A program made the translations under genes and the position numbers. Under the pieces are notes generated by a model that did not search any database, was not told the origin of the DNA, and was given only the letters and a program-made list of their open reading frames with translations. DNA of 63,907 nucleotides, counting the filler, from Octopus bimaculoides (lineage: Eukaryota), in NCBI RefSeq assembly GCF_001194135.2. It is 4 parts of 4 records of this genome, joined end to end, with 100 filler letters (N's around TTAATTAATTAA, not from the genome) between each part and the next. Parts side by side here need not be neighbours in the genome. Positions count along the whole stretch, not along the records: positions 1 to 29,063 come from NC_068983.1; 3 more parts are not named here. The stretch is one strand, 5' to 3'. Below, in pieces: positions 11,976 through 25,000 of the stretch. Numbering within the stretch: the first letter of the stretch is position 1; every line of letters begins with the position of its first letter.

Positions 11976-13286
11976 GTTCTGTGTAAAAACCCATCATTTT
12001 TGTAATTTCTCCTTGTAATGTACTCTCATCAATTGTCCTTGTGACAAGTAAAGCAATTATAATTATTCTTTTTCGAAAGTCTTACTTTTTATTGCATGCT
12101 CTCATTGCACAACTAAGCATGGTTCTGTGTGCCTTAGCTACATGCATAAATGCACAGTGTCTGGTAATGCTATGTTCTGCAAGTTGTATATGTGTGTAAA
12201 TCCTGTGGTTTTAGCTAAATATTTGTCATCAGCTTTTTAATAATTCCCAAAGCAGCCACTATTATTCTAGTGATTGCTTCTGTTGTATTATTATTATTAG
12301 TAGTAATATTATTATTGTCGTTTTTGTTATTTTTATCAAAAAGTACTACTGTAGGTCATTTTCTCTTATGAAGTAGCTTGCATGTAAGCTTATTTTCCTA
12401 TTTACATTTGTTACAGTGGCTGTACTGTCATAATACAAACAAAAACATAAGCATATTCAGTGACATCTAGCTAAACAATTGAAATTAAAGTACATAGGTT
12501 AGTATATTCTAAGAAAAATAACAACATCAGAAATTGTGATCACTGTTCACAGATTCAATGTTATAAAATATATAAAATATATAAAATAGAATAGAGTTTA
12601 ACTAAACTCAATTTAAAAAGCCATGTCTGTTCTTCAAATGAAAGAATTGTGTTTTTCTACTTCAAAGAAACTTAGAATTACAGAAAAGGAAGAATGCTTT
12701 TTAAAACAGCAATAATGGTTGAGTCACTGTCATTCAGAAAAATTATAGTGTACTTAAAAATGCATCAACTGTGTACCTTAAAAATGGTAAAACCTGGATA
12801 ATAGAGGAAAAAAACATTTACTTTTATCAAATGAAACCAAAATGGAAAATTGTATTCTATTGTTGCCTATATTTTAAAAAGGATTTTTATATTACATCTA
12901 TTATTCATTCAAATCTAAACCAGCTGTAACCATCAGTTTTTCAATAAAAACATTAATTAAATTTTAAAAAAATCATGTAATCTTTATGCATTATACACAC
13001 ATATGTAGGCATGTGCATATGCACATTCGTAAATATCAATATACCTGTATATATTTTCCATTTATGGGTGGAGTTCCTTACAATTTTTGATAAAGACAAC
13101 ATTAATACACTTGCAGAAATAAAAGACATAAATAATAAAAATAAGTCAGAAAAAAATAAACCAAGTTTATTTATAAAGAGTATATCAATCCATTATCAAA
13201 CACTATTTACTTAGCATCAAATGGACTAAGTAGGCAAGTACAATGAAGTCTGAAAGATTGCAAAAGACTAAATCTATCTTTCTATT

Positions 13287-13287
<1 letters not shown>

Positions 13288-13326
<39 letters not shown>

Positions 13327-13450
13327 TCTCTCCTATGTCTCTACATTTACCCTCCTACCTTCTCTCTTTCGCATATGATATATATGTACATACATATATA
13401 TATATATATGCACACACACAGACACACACACACACTCACACACACACTCA
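13288..13450. repeat. (CT)n/(TA)n/(CA)n compound microsatellite
   Basis: Direct. Confidence 0.9.
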
Positions 13451-13709
13451 TGTGTATACTGTAATTGTGTACATATGTGCAGAGAAGCATACACACATAC
13501 GAACCAAAATATAAACCCCATATTCTCTGTTATATGTAATTTTATGCTATGGATTTTGCAATTTTTCTATGGAAGTACAACAAATGCTTGTGTTCAAATG
13601 CATGTTCATAATTTTTGCGTGAATCATATTATCTGTGTCAGTTATGCTGGAATGACGGGCTCTTTTGAAAATTTTATTTTGCCAAAGAATTCTAGATTAA
13701 CGTGACAAA

Positions 13710-13711
<2 letters not shown>

Positions 13712-13764
<53 letters not shown>

Positions 13765-13972
13765 TTCAAATTTTGCCACAAGGGCAGCAATTTTAGGGGG
13801 AGTGGATGAGTCGATAACATTGACCCCATTGTTTAACTGGTACTTATTTTATCGACTCTGAAAGGATGAAAGGTAAATTTGACCTCAGTGGATTTTGAAC
13901 TCAAAATGTATCAACAGGCGAAATATCACTAAGCATTTCATCCAGTGCATTAACGTTTCTGCCAGCTCACCA

Positions 13973-14032
<60 letters not shown>

Positions 14033-14058
14033 TAATAATAATAATAATAATAATAAAG

Positions 14059-14109
<51 letters not shown>

Positions 14110-14355
14110 GTAATAGTAATAATAATAATAGTGATAATAATTATAATAACCTTTTTTCATTATAGGCACAAGGCCTGATATTTTGAAGGGAAGAATAAGT
14201 CGATAACATCAACTCCAATGCTCAACTGATACTTATTTTATCAATCTTGAAAGGATGAAAGGCAGAGTTGACCATGGTGGGATTTGAACTCAGAATGTAA
14301 GGATAGAAGAAATGTGAATAGGCATTTTGCCTGGTGTGCTAATGATTCAGCCATA
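13712..14355 (-). mobile_element. Two SINE-A copies (about 13765-13975 and 14160-14355) interleaved with long (ATA)n arrays (13712-13764, 13978-14148)
   Basis: Family A core on the minus strand; the (TTA)n runs sit at the copy ends; source of the poly-Tyr ORF at 13885..14169. Confidence 0.85.
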
Positions 14356-15419
14356 TTAACCAGTGTACAGTAGATATTGGCCAACTCTGTCATGTTTTGA
14401 TTAATACTCCACTGGTGCTAAAACTTTGCATTCAGAGGTTAGGTGGGCCACTGTTTCAATCTCATCATTGCTTAGTCAGAGTCGGGGAAGGACATCACTC
14501 ATAACATTTTACAGTGTACCCAAAGTGAGCATGAAGAAAATAGAAAAGGTGGTGTCCACAATCTTCTCCAAAGCCTCCACAATTGCTAGGAGGAAAAGAG
14601 AAGGATATCTTCAAGCCAGACACCTGACCATTCTACTTGAAATAGCTGGTGATGATTTAAAATTTGATTGTGGACAAAATTTTGCCTACAGGTCAGGGTT
14701 TCCTTCTCCCTTGTTAAAGATTGTACTATAACAAATGCTTATTTGTTATGCAAGAGAGTAAAAGGATCTTTTATAATACAAAAGGCAGCTAGATATATCT
14801 AAGGAGCAATCTAGTGTGTGCCACTAAACTAGGTTTGTAACTGAAGTACTGAAATAAATCATAATGACATTTCAGGAAAATAACAAGGTAAAGGAAGAGA
14901 TATGGAAGTGTCACAGTAAAAGGTCAAGTAGTATGAATGGAGTAAGAAGAATCAGCTCCCTAGGGAGAAAATGAGGATTGCAGTAGAGATTAGCTGTAAG
15001 ATGATGATTAAATTAAGTACAGACATAATGACAAGGGAGAGCTGAAGATCTTTGAAAGATATTTTTCTAAGATGTTGTAAGCACCAGGGTGGTTGGCTAT
15101 TTCACTAGTTACATTCTTAGATAATAATATTGTACTAAACAGCATGATTGTTGATGAGGGATATATCAGCAATAACCTCAACATCTTTCAAGGTATAGAA
15201 TAGGAAACTGAGAAAGGAAATAACTAAGAAGTCGAATTAATGAAGCTAAGTACAAATAAAATACAATGTTATAACAAGATAGGTTGGATAAGATAGAGTT
15301 TGAACCACAGCTGTTATGATTCTGTAGGTAAGTGGATGTCAGCTTAATTAATGTATGGAGTGCTAAAAAGTTAAAGTGAAACAAAAAAATTATTATTTAA
15401 GTTCTCAATACCAACATAT

Positions 15420-15810
15420 TTTTTAAATTCTTTTATTCTTTTACTTGTTTCAGTCATTTGACTGTGGCCATGCTAGATCACCGCCTTTAGTCAAACAAAT
15501 TGACCCCAGAACTTATTCTTTGCGAGCCTAGTACTTATTCAGTGTCTTTTGCTGAACCACTAAGTTACGGGGACATAAACACACCAGCATCAGTTGTCAA
15601 GTGATGGTGGGGTGACAAGCACAGACACACAAATACATACATGTGTATATATACGACAGGCTTTTTTCAGTTTTCACCTACCAAATCCACTCACAAGGCT
15701 TTGGTTGGCCTGAGGCTATAGTAGAAGACACTTGCCCAAGGTACCACACAGTGGGACTGAACCCAGAACCGTGTGGTTGGGAAGCAAGCTGCTTACCACA
15801 CAGCCACTCC
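15420..15810 (-). mobile_element. Full-length SINE family B
   Basis: Collinear with 54795-55183: head, internal (TG/TA) microsatellite, and the cagtcaaatgactgaaacaagtaaaaga end. Confidence 0.9.
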
Positions 15811-15944
15811 TGCACCTATGTATACTTCTTTGTATTTACTTCATTTGCTAGCATTTTAAAGGCAAGTTATGCAGAGGCTACATTGTCAGTAAGAACATGT
15901 TCAGAGTTGCTTCCTAACTTGACAGAATTCTATAAAAATATTGG

Positions 15945-16112
15945 CTTCAAATTTTAGCACAAGGCCAGCAGTTTTGGGGGAGGAGCCAAGTTGATTACAT
16001 CGACTCCAGTGCTCAACTGGCACTTATTTTATTGACCCCAAACAGGATGAAAGACAAAGTTACCATGGCAGAATTTGAACTCAGAAGATAAAGACGGATG
16101 AAAGGCTGCTAA
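15945..16112 (-). mobile_element. SINE family A
   Basis: Family A core, reverse complement. Confidence 0.75.
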
Positions 16113-16477
16113 TTTAAAAAAATATTAGCAACTGATTTATATTTTTTCAGCATGAATTTTCAATTTAAGCTTTTTGATACTACATGATTTAAATGTATTG
16201 ATATCAAATTATACAGTTATATTTCCAGTTAGTTAAGAACAAACAATTCTGTCTTGCAAGAGATTACCTTTGACAGGGTCTCCATATTCCCATACCAAAT
16301 ATATTCATGAGAAACAACTTAGAAGTCTTCAAATGCAGAACATAAGTATGTGATGTAAGATAATATATCCCCTGAGTCCTGTACTGAGGGTAGTTATCAG
16401 ATGTTACTAATTACTGGTTGTGATTTAAGGCATAATTGGAAGTAATTAATATTTAATCCTTTTTTACTAAAAGTAAA

Positions 16478-16721
16478 GTTACCTTCTTGAGTCATACTGG
16501 CTCATAAGGACTGGTTTCCTGGTTTCATGGCATATACATTCCCCACCTGGATGAGACACTGGTCCATTGCAGGATTACTCATTTTTACCAGCTGAGTGGA
16601 CTGGAGCAACATGAAATGAAATGTTTTGCTCAAGAACAAAGCATTACCCATTCCAGGAATCAAAGCCACAATCTTATGATCACAAGTCCAACACCTTGAG
16701 CACTAAGCTATGCACCTCCAC
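16478..16721 (-). mobile_element. tRNA-headed SINE family E
   Basis: Minus strand gtggaggtgcatagcttagtgctcaaggtgttggacttgtgatc... resembles the head at 50777; different body (gttcttgagcaaaacattt...cctgcaatggaccagtgtctcatccagg). Confidence 0.7.
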
Positions 16722-16999
16722 ATCCTTTTTACTGGCTCTAGCTAACTGGCTGTGGCCATATTTAATACTTATCATTGGGTGTTATATTGGAAGTTGTATA
16801 AAGGGTCTGCAGTACTGATGTGCTCAGGAGGTAAAGAAGCAAAGAAGAGTTGCAGCTAATTTTTTAACTTGTACTCTACTAAGCACAAAATTTCTCTTTC
16901 TCTATTTCCAGTTCAGACACTACTTAGAAGCCCCTATTACATAGTTTGGATTACTTGACATTGATCTCATTGATTTTCAGCTTGAAGTTTTCCAGACTG

Positions 17000-17390
17000 A
17001 TGCCTATGGTGACAGTGTGGAATGGGTGAGATGTCTAGACATGGAGAAGAAGGATTGGGGTAGGTGTTCAATATGTGGTTTGAGATATGAAATGGATAAT
17101 TGGGAGAGAGGATCAGGTAATAATGATTCATCTGCTAGTTCAGAGCAGTAGGAACCATTGTTGCTACAGTGGTGTGTCAGAAAAGGAGGAACAAAATGGG
17201 GTAGTGATTGTATAATGTCAGTAAGTGATGGTTTACTAATAAGTTGGATAACCTCTTTTGCAGGAGTGTAATCTGTAATGTTTGGATGTAATAGTAATTG
17301 CCCCATCTCTGACATGTGGTTCACGCTGGTGCTTTGCAAATGACAGTAACTGTTCAGAGATGAAAAATTTTCTATCTCTGAAAAGGAGCC
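17000..17390 (-). mobile_element. Degenerate CR1/L2/Jockey-group LINE ORF2 C-terminus
   Basis: HFVPPFLTHHCSN and, with frameshifts, *TSR..(N)SLPD resemble the conserved HP..V.L...T.H..NSFF.RTSRLWNSLP ending; explains the ORF at 17004..17339. Confidence 0.45.
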
Positions 17391-19307
17391 TTAGACTTTC
17401 AGAAGCTGTTTGTTGTACTTCTTATATATGGTTATCATAAGAGAGCATCAGAAACTGTAAATTATAAATGTTGCCTTTATATTGATTTCTTCCTACAAAT
17501 TAGAGGAACAATTTTCATGAGTTTGATATAATTAATAGCATCAACACTAGTATATTATTGGCATAGATTTTGATATTTATCAATCTCAGTGGAATAGTGA
17601 TCAGTATGAACATTGGTGTAGTCTGAACTAAAGTGCATAGGAACAAACTTAAAAACTATAAGACATTCCATCACTTCTGTAAACTCATTGCACTACATTT
17701 CATAATGCTAAAGAAATAATATTTGTTTACTAAAATGACCAGCTAAATAATACCATTATCATTATTTCTATTGTTGATTTCTTATTCATTTATCCATTCA
17801 GAGATAGGTCTACATCCAATTAACCTTACCTCGCATCGACTCTATTGCTGTATCTAACATTTAAATTCACATAACATGTACTATTCAAATATATTACTTG
17901 AAATTTCATTCAGCTTCTCCATTACAAAATTTATGTCTATTATTTAGAAAATAAAAGAAATTTAGAGAATATTTTTCATTGCTTTGTATTTTTTCTTATA
18001 TATGTGTGCGTATGTGTTATTTTTCTTTATTGCACCTTTAATTTTGTATACAATATTCAAAAATATTTGCAAATCAAATATCTTAGCATGAAACTCTGTT
18101 ATGAACATTTTTTTGTTTATTTATACTTTTACCATCATTAAAATCCAATATGTACTTTGAAATTGTAATTTAAAATACGGCATTGAATATGCACTGAATA
18201 AATACATAAAAATTGATCTTGACAAATGTTTTCAAATAGTGAGTGGTATGAAATATACAAAAGTAAATGAATAAAATATATAAAATAATGACAAATTATT
18301 TGTGTTAATAAATAAATTAATAAAATCTAGTTTTGTTATTTTTTCTGTAACTTGTAAAACAATTAATGACAGCTTTTAATACTTTATGACATGACTTTTG
18401 AAATCAGGGATTATTAGTGTCTTGGTAATTCCTGTAAGTTGAATATTTGCATAACTACATTTTCTTCCAGAATTACATCCACACAGAAGAGGTAGTAAGA
18501 TAGAATTTAATGAAAATATTTCTTCAACCCTAACTCCATGTGTAGAAAGTTTGTCTGAAAATGTCACTTTTATCTTCTCTCAGAGTGCTGCTTGACAAGT
18601 GCTGTTAACAGAACATTCCCAAAGGTTAGTAACTCAAAATTGCTAGAAACATCTTGATATCATTTGCATGTCATCATCACAGAAAAATTAGTTTGTTCTC
18701 TGTCAAGTAGCATATTCCTTGAAATGGATAATATGCTGACATTTGAAGATCACAAGCATCAAATTTTGGTTACAGTATCAACTATTAAGAAATCCTAAGC
18801 TACTAAGTGAACCAAATCAGGTGTTTCAAAGAATTCATTAAATATTGGAAACTAAATTTATACCATGAAGACTGGTTTTAAGGTAGATGTACTGAAATAT
18901 TATGAAAGAGTACACATCAGCTCAATAATCATAAATTATTGATACCTGAAAGTAGGTTTAATCATTCTTAAAGGATTACTGCCACATAATCTACAAGTGA
19001 TTAATGTTCCAACCATATCTGTTTGGGTTCTTGTTCATTCACTTTTCAAACTGTCTAAACTTCTACCAGCATTGGTTTTTCTGACATTTCCTGGCTTGCA
19101 TCGACCTATAACACTGGCAGCAGCCTGAAATTTGACTGAATGACCTAATGACTGGATACCCTTTTATAATCAGTTGTATATTTGTTGTAGAACAAGATTT
19201 CCATATTCAGTTTACTTCATATTGGCTCCAGTTTCTATCAGAAAGAAAGAGTTGTTTTGTACATACATACATACATACATATATACATACATACATACAT
19301 ACATACA

Positions 19308-19340
<33 letters not shown>

Positions 19341-19699
19341 GCATATTAGACTACAAATCCAAGCCATCACTAGANNNNNNNNNNNNNNNNNNNNNNNNNN
19401 NNNNNNNNNNNNNNNNNNNNNNNNNNNNNNNNNNNNNNNNNNNNNNNNNNNNNNNNNNNNNNNNNNNNNNNNNNNNNNNNNNNNNNNNNNNNNNNNNNNN
19501 NNNNNNNNNNNNNNNNNNNNNNNNNNNNNNNNNNNNNNNNNNNNNNNNNNNNNNNNNNNNNNNNNNNNNNNNNNNNTATATATATATATATATGCATGCT
19601 TAGACATGCAACTATATGCATGAGAATACATACATAAAACAAAACTGCACATAGACATACATGCAAAAATAATCTGTTGATGTTGTTGAAATTCCAGTG

Positions 19700-20375
19700 A
19701 AGGAACTTTGGATGTAGGTTAGAAACTGACTCTTTCTCTGTTAGCAGCATTTTGTCCATCTTCATGTTCTGAGTTTAGATTCTGCTGAGGTAACTTTGCC
19801 TTTTATCCTTTTGGGGTTGATAAATCAAGTACCAGTGAAACTCTGGGGTTGATGTAATCGACTAGTGCCTGCCCCACAAATTTCAGACCTTGTGTCTTCA
19901 GTAGAATTAATTATTAGATTTAAATAAAATGCTGTGATTTGGCAGAATCAGTAGCATGCTGGGTAAAATGCTTAGTGGCATTTTGTCCATCTTTACATTC
20001 TAAGTTCAAATTCCACTGAGGTCAACTTTGCCTTTCATTCTTTCAGGGTTGATAAAATATTTACCAGTTGAGCACTGGGGCCAATCTAAATGACTTACCC
20101 CTTCCCCCAAACTTGCTGGCTTTGTGCCAAAAATTTGAACTCATTATTAGATTTAAATAAGGCAGGGAGCTGGCAGAAACGTTAACACACTGGGAAAATT
20201 GCTTAGTGGCATTTCACCTGTCTTTACATTCTGAGTTCAAATTCTGCCCAAATTTACATTGCATTTCATCCTTTTGGGGTTGATAAAATAAGTATCAGTC
20301 ATGTACTGGTGTTGACGTTACCAACTTCTCCCTCCAACAAAAACTACTGGTTCTGTGCCAAGATTTGAAACCATA
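19700..20375 (+). mobile_element. Three head-to-tail SINE-A copies; the middle copy is flanked by an 18-bp direct repeat
   Basis: ATTATTAGATTTAAATAA occurs at 19910-19927 and 20143-20160. Confidence 0.85.
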
Positions 20376-21859
20376 GTTAGATTTGAATTTATATTAGGTT
20401 TTCTAATACAACTTGTACATAAATATTTATTAAGTATTTAATTCTACCTTAATAATCTATTAATTATTTAATTCTACCCTAATAAATGCATGATACCAAT
20501 TTGCATGATACTAATATGTTGATGTCATTTTACTTGTATCTTCATTCAGAAAGGGGTTCAGGTATGTTATCTAATCTTAAATTTATTAAAGATTAAACCT
20601 GTGTACATCTTAGTGGAATTTGGTGCTTTTATCTCACATTTAAATACTATGTTATAGGTCATATTATTTTTCAAAGGATAATCTGCTGGCTTTATACAGT
20701 CGGAAATGGTTTCATTTCCAACTACTGTATTATCCATTTTGTTTCTTTGAATTTACTCCGTTGGAGACATATTGTTCCCTATTAACTGTATGCAGCAAGA
20801 TAGATTTACACTTATTTTTACATGAGTATACCAGTTTCGGAAGTAGCAGAATCAACAACCAAAAGGACTGCCTGAATGTTGGTGAAAAAAAAAAGACAGG
20901 CACATGCAAATTGCTCCCATTGAATTCAAATCACAGCTGTAAAGCACCAAGTGTCTGCTGTATTTCCTTTTAAATGAATCTTGTAAACAATTTTGTCAGT
21001 TTTAAGAACAACAATAAGATTAGTTTCAGTTCTAACAGAAAATATTTCTCTAATTGAGTCAATTTGCAAGTGAAAAAATATAGACATTATAATAGAAATT
21101 ATATATAAAGCTTCCATTCTCTCATTGATTATCTACAAATAAAAAAGTAAGTTGTATCATTATTTACTTTGTCCCTTCTATTTTATCATAAAGTTTATAT
21201 TCACATATAATCAAATATTTAGTTAATCAAAAATTACAGAGTAATGAACATATCTTACAAGTTTTCTTTCTTTTTCTTTTCTTTTATTTTTTTACATGCG
21301 AAACTGGCTGAAATTAAAGACTGAGTATTCTTAAGATAGTTCTTGTAGGAAACAAGGCTTAGTTAGGCTAGACAAATAATTTATTATCAACAACTTAAAT
21401 AATGATGATATTTCCCTTTGCAGCTCTTCCTTTGTACTACAGTTAAATTTCTTCAACATATGTAAAATTACTACCTGTTAAATTGGTATATTTGAGTACA
21501 AACATCTTTATATCTTTCCAATTAATTTGTTTAACTGTGTTCAACAAAACCAGTTTCATTATTTGTTTCAATTCCTGTTAAGAAATTGCCAGTTTTTTTT
21601 TTTCTTTCATCATTTTGGCTTATCAGGAACATTACAAAATCAGGAACTCTAAGGAATCTGAGTGCTGGGTGTTATTTGTTGCATTATCATGCTTAATAAA
21701 ACTGTTTGATTTTATCTACATTTTAAATAAACAAAATTCTTCATTGAGATAGGGAAAATATTACACTTCATTCTTTCAAGTGCATGTCTCTAAAGATTGC
21801 TGTTTTAGCAAACACTAATTCCAGGGAAGATACCAGAGTAAAAGATACTGGATTATAAA

Positions 21860-22085
21860 AATCACTGCTATACATGTTGTTACTACTCAGCTACTGATCA
21901 TCCTGGATCCAGCAGACTCATGAATAAAGGTATCCCAGCCTAGACTACCCCATCTTTTATTCATATATCATGTCACTAGAACTACATTAGCCAATGTAAC
22001 CTTGTAAAAAAGACTGTAAGAGGTGATTTGGGCAGGATTTAGCTGGTACTTCAAGCCTGTCAAGCAACCTTGTAGAGATTTCCTC
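21860..22085 (+). repeat. Family F copy
   Basis: Similar to 3720-3915. Confidence 0.5.
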
Positions 22086-25000
22086 ATTGGCTCAGCAAAA
22101 GAATCAAAAGCCTGCTTAGTTTCTTCCTTCTGTAATCAAATTAATTGCTTGGTGAGTAAGCAGAATCAGACAAAATGTTAAGCAGCATTTCTTCCAGCTC
22201 TTTATGCTGTAAGTTCACATCCTGCTGAGGTCAGCTTTATCATTCACTCTTTTGAAGATAAAAAAAATAAAAGTAAATACTAATTAAAATGCCAATAAAA
22301 GTAAATGCCAATTTACCAATTTACCAGACTTATACTTTCATATATTCCTCAATAAAATTGGAACAAAAATTTTATTACCAAACTCTACCACCAGAAACAT
22401 TCTACAAATAAGAAAAATAAGTTTGAAGTATTAATGTCCAATATTGCTTACAGAAGGAAAAAAGGAATGTTAAAAAAAAACAACCCTAAGAAGGTGGTGC
22501 ATTTTTTTGAAGGATGAAAACTAGAAGAAAGGTTTAAATACTTTAGTCAGTTAAATTCTCATAGGATTAGATTTATATTTCACAAATTACTGGATTATAG
22601 ATATTTTTGTGTCCAGTTTAAAAATGAAACTAGTTTATATAAATAAGTGGGGGATAAATATTACCTTAATGGTATCAATACTGCTTCTGTTACTATTATA
22701 TTTTTAAAAGCCTGTTGGCTATTTGTGACACCAGTGCCTGGATAGACATAGAGATTCTATATACCACTGATGGGGGAAATGGCTGCTATATCTAGCTGGA
22801 CGTCTGTCATTGACAAGCCCAAGGAAGGGTCAAATCACATGATATGGCAGTTCTGGCAGTCATAACATAAGTTTATTGCCTGACAGTGTTATAAGCAGGA
22901 GTGCCTTTATGCACCACCAGTCCTTATGAGAGAATGTCTCATGGTAAATAATGCAGTATTCTGTGTTCTAACACAACAACCACTTTAAGTGGGTGATTTA
23001 GTATTAATATGGCTTCTGTAACTATTAATTATTTTATAAATAAAAAGTTTTTACATCTGGAGTAATACATGAAATTAAAAACACTTTCTGAGATAATCTC
23101 ATCTCAGACAGATTTTCTACGTACTCAGTAATTGTTCGAATTCAGTTCTTTGTATCAGGCTAACATTCAAACATTCATTAGCTGGTAGTCATTTTGAAAA
23201 TTTAAGATGAAATTCAAAAACATGCTGAATAAATAACAGGAACCAAGGACTCTTCATGTGAATATTCTTACAGCAAGAAATGTTAGCCACAGTTCATTTA
23301 AATTACACCTTATTTTTTTTCTTAAAGGAATTGCACGTTGAATAATATAGTCCTAAATACACTATGTCTATGAAAAAATTAGCATTGTCAAAGCTGTAAC
23401 CTCTTTGAATGTAGGTTTGTATATTAAGAGTTAGACTACAATAACAATCAGGTTTTTATACTATCTTAGTGCCATCATTGGTCTAAGATTTTTGGTCCCA
23501 GTATCTTGTTCATACACATTGCATCTATAATTTAATTATTAGATTTTATGTCAACTTCCTTCATTATTATTCCTTGTCTCTTTCCAACAACCAAGAATAT
23601 GGTACTCACTTTTTGTATTTTATAGCCTGCTGTAATTTCATTAAGCAACACATTTTCCTTACTTATTCTCTCTAGGGTCACATTTTCTGTACACCATCTG
23701 TTCTTTCATAACTTGAAATGAAAACAAATATATAATTTGGTGACAAGCTATTTTGGTTAGATACAAAATAAGCAATACAAACAGGTCAAAGTAAAAACAT
23801 AATGTAGTATATGGTAAAATATTAAAATGCCATTTTTTTCACAATTTGTATGAAACATTTGGAAATATTTTGTTTTGAAGTAGATGATAATGTATGATAT
23901 TTTTGTCTGATTACTTCAAATTTATATGCAAACAGGGATGTTTTCTAGAACTTTGGCATAGTTGATGTATTTTATAAGTTGCAAAACTTTACAAACTTGA
24001 TAATAACTAAAGTAATCTTTCCAAATTAAAAAGAACATTCCTACTTGTATGGTTTCCAGATAGTACTATGCTTCTGTTTCCAGACAAGGTTTATACAAAT
24101 GTTCTTATCATTTCTTTAAGTATAGGTTCATTAATCAGTAGTAGTTAATATTTTTACTTAATTTGATGAATTAGCTACCATTTAAAATATTACATACATT
24201 AGTGGTTGTTTTTTTAAACTTTTTTAACTAATTAAAAATCTCATTATTATTAGTGTTTTGTAAAATTTCTGTTAGTGTTTTGTTGGTTTAACACTGGAAA
24301 TAATTAAGCAATCAAGATAATGAATAAATATTTGGTTATTTTCTGCATATAAGCCAGTGACAAAATGTAGAAACAGAAATACAAAATAAAACTGCTATAA
24401 TTGAAATCTCAAGAGTTAGTGTAAACTTTACTGATTTTCCTTACCACAAGAATATTTGCCAAAAGAAAGCAAGCATTTATCAAAACAATGTTCTACAACA
24501 GATATTTTTTTTTACATTCCATCTCATCAAAGACCTTTACAAACTGCTACTACATAAAAGTCAACTATAATCCTCATCCCAACCCAAATAATTTATCAAC
24601 AAAGTAATTTTACATCCTAAAATTGAAAACTTACCTTCAAAGTTATTTTCTAGTGTGGAACTGTTGAAATATTTGGGTGTGTTCAAATTAATTTCAATTC
24701 AATGAAGTATTTAGATTATCAATATGGCTTCAGAAACAATTTTCATATTAAATCACAAAAATTTATCTCTGTTTGATATCAAAAACTTAATAGAAAATGT
24801 TAAATTAATAACTGTTTTTACTGGATTATTGATACTTTCTTTAGAGCCATCATAAAATTTAATTATTCTGCTAAAGTATTAATCTTGAAAATTACGAATA
24901 TTTTTTTTTTCCAAATACCATTGGATTTGAATATTCTAAAAATTTTGATAACTTAGAATTTACTAGTGAACTCTTAGTGTTTTCTTTTATTTTTATAGAC

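Noticed and set aside
13885-14169. Poly-Tyr ORF (and the poly-His 8776, poly-Ile 51233 and poly-Leu 52575 ORFs)
   Set aside because: Trinucleotide microsatellite read-through.
14426-15400. 101-aa plus-strand ORF and the surrounding purine-rich block as an exon
   Set aside because: No recognisable domain or splice context; weak LINE-like snippets (LLDLLL) suggest a decayed retroelement, but the strand and family could not be fixed.
18376-20900. Chain of minus-strand exons (AVLLVVDSATSET; AAASVIGRCKPGNVRKTNA; DKLSTHGVRVEEIF...)
   Set aside because: Splice phases are not all compatible, some donors and acceptors are weak, and I do not recognise the protein.
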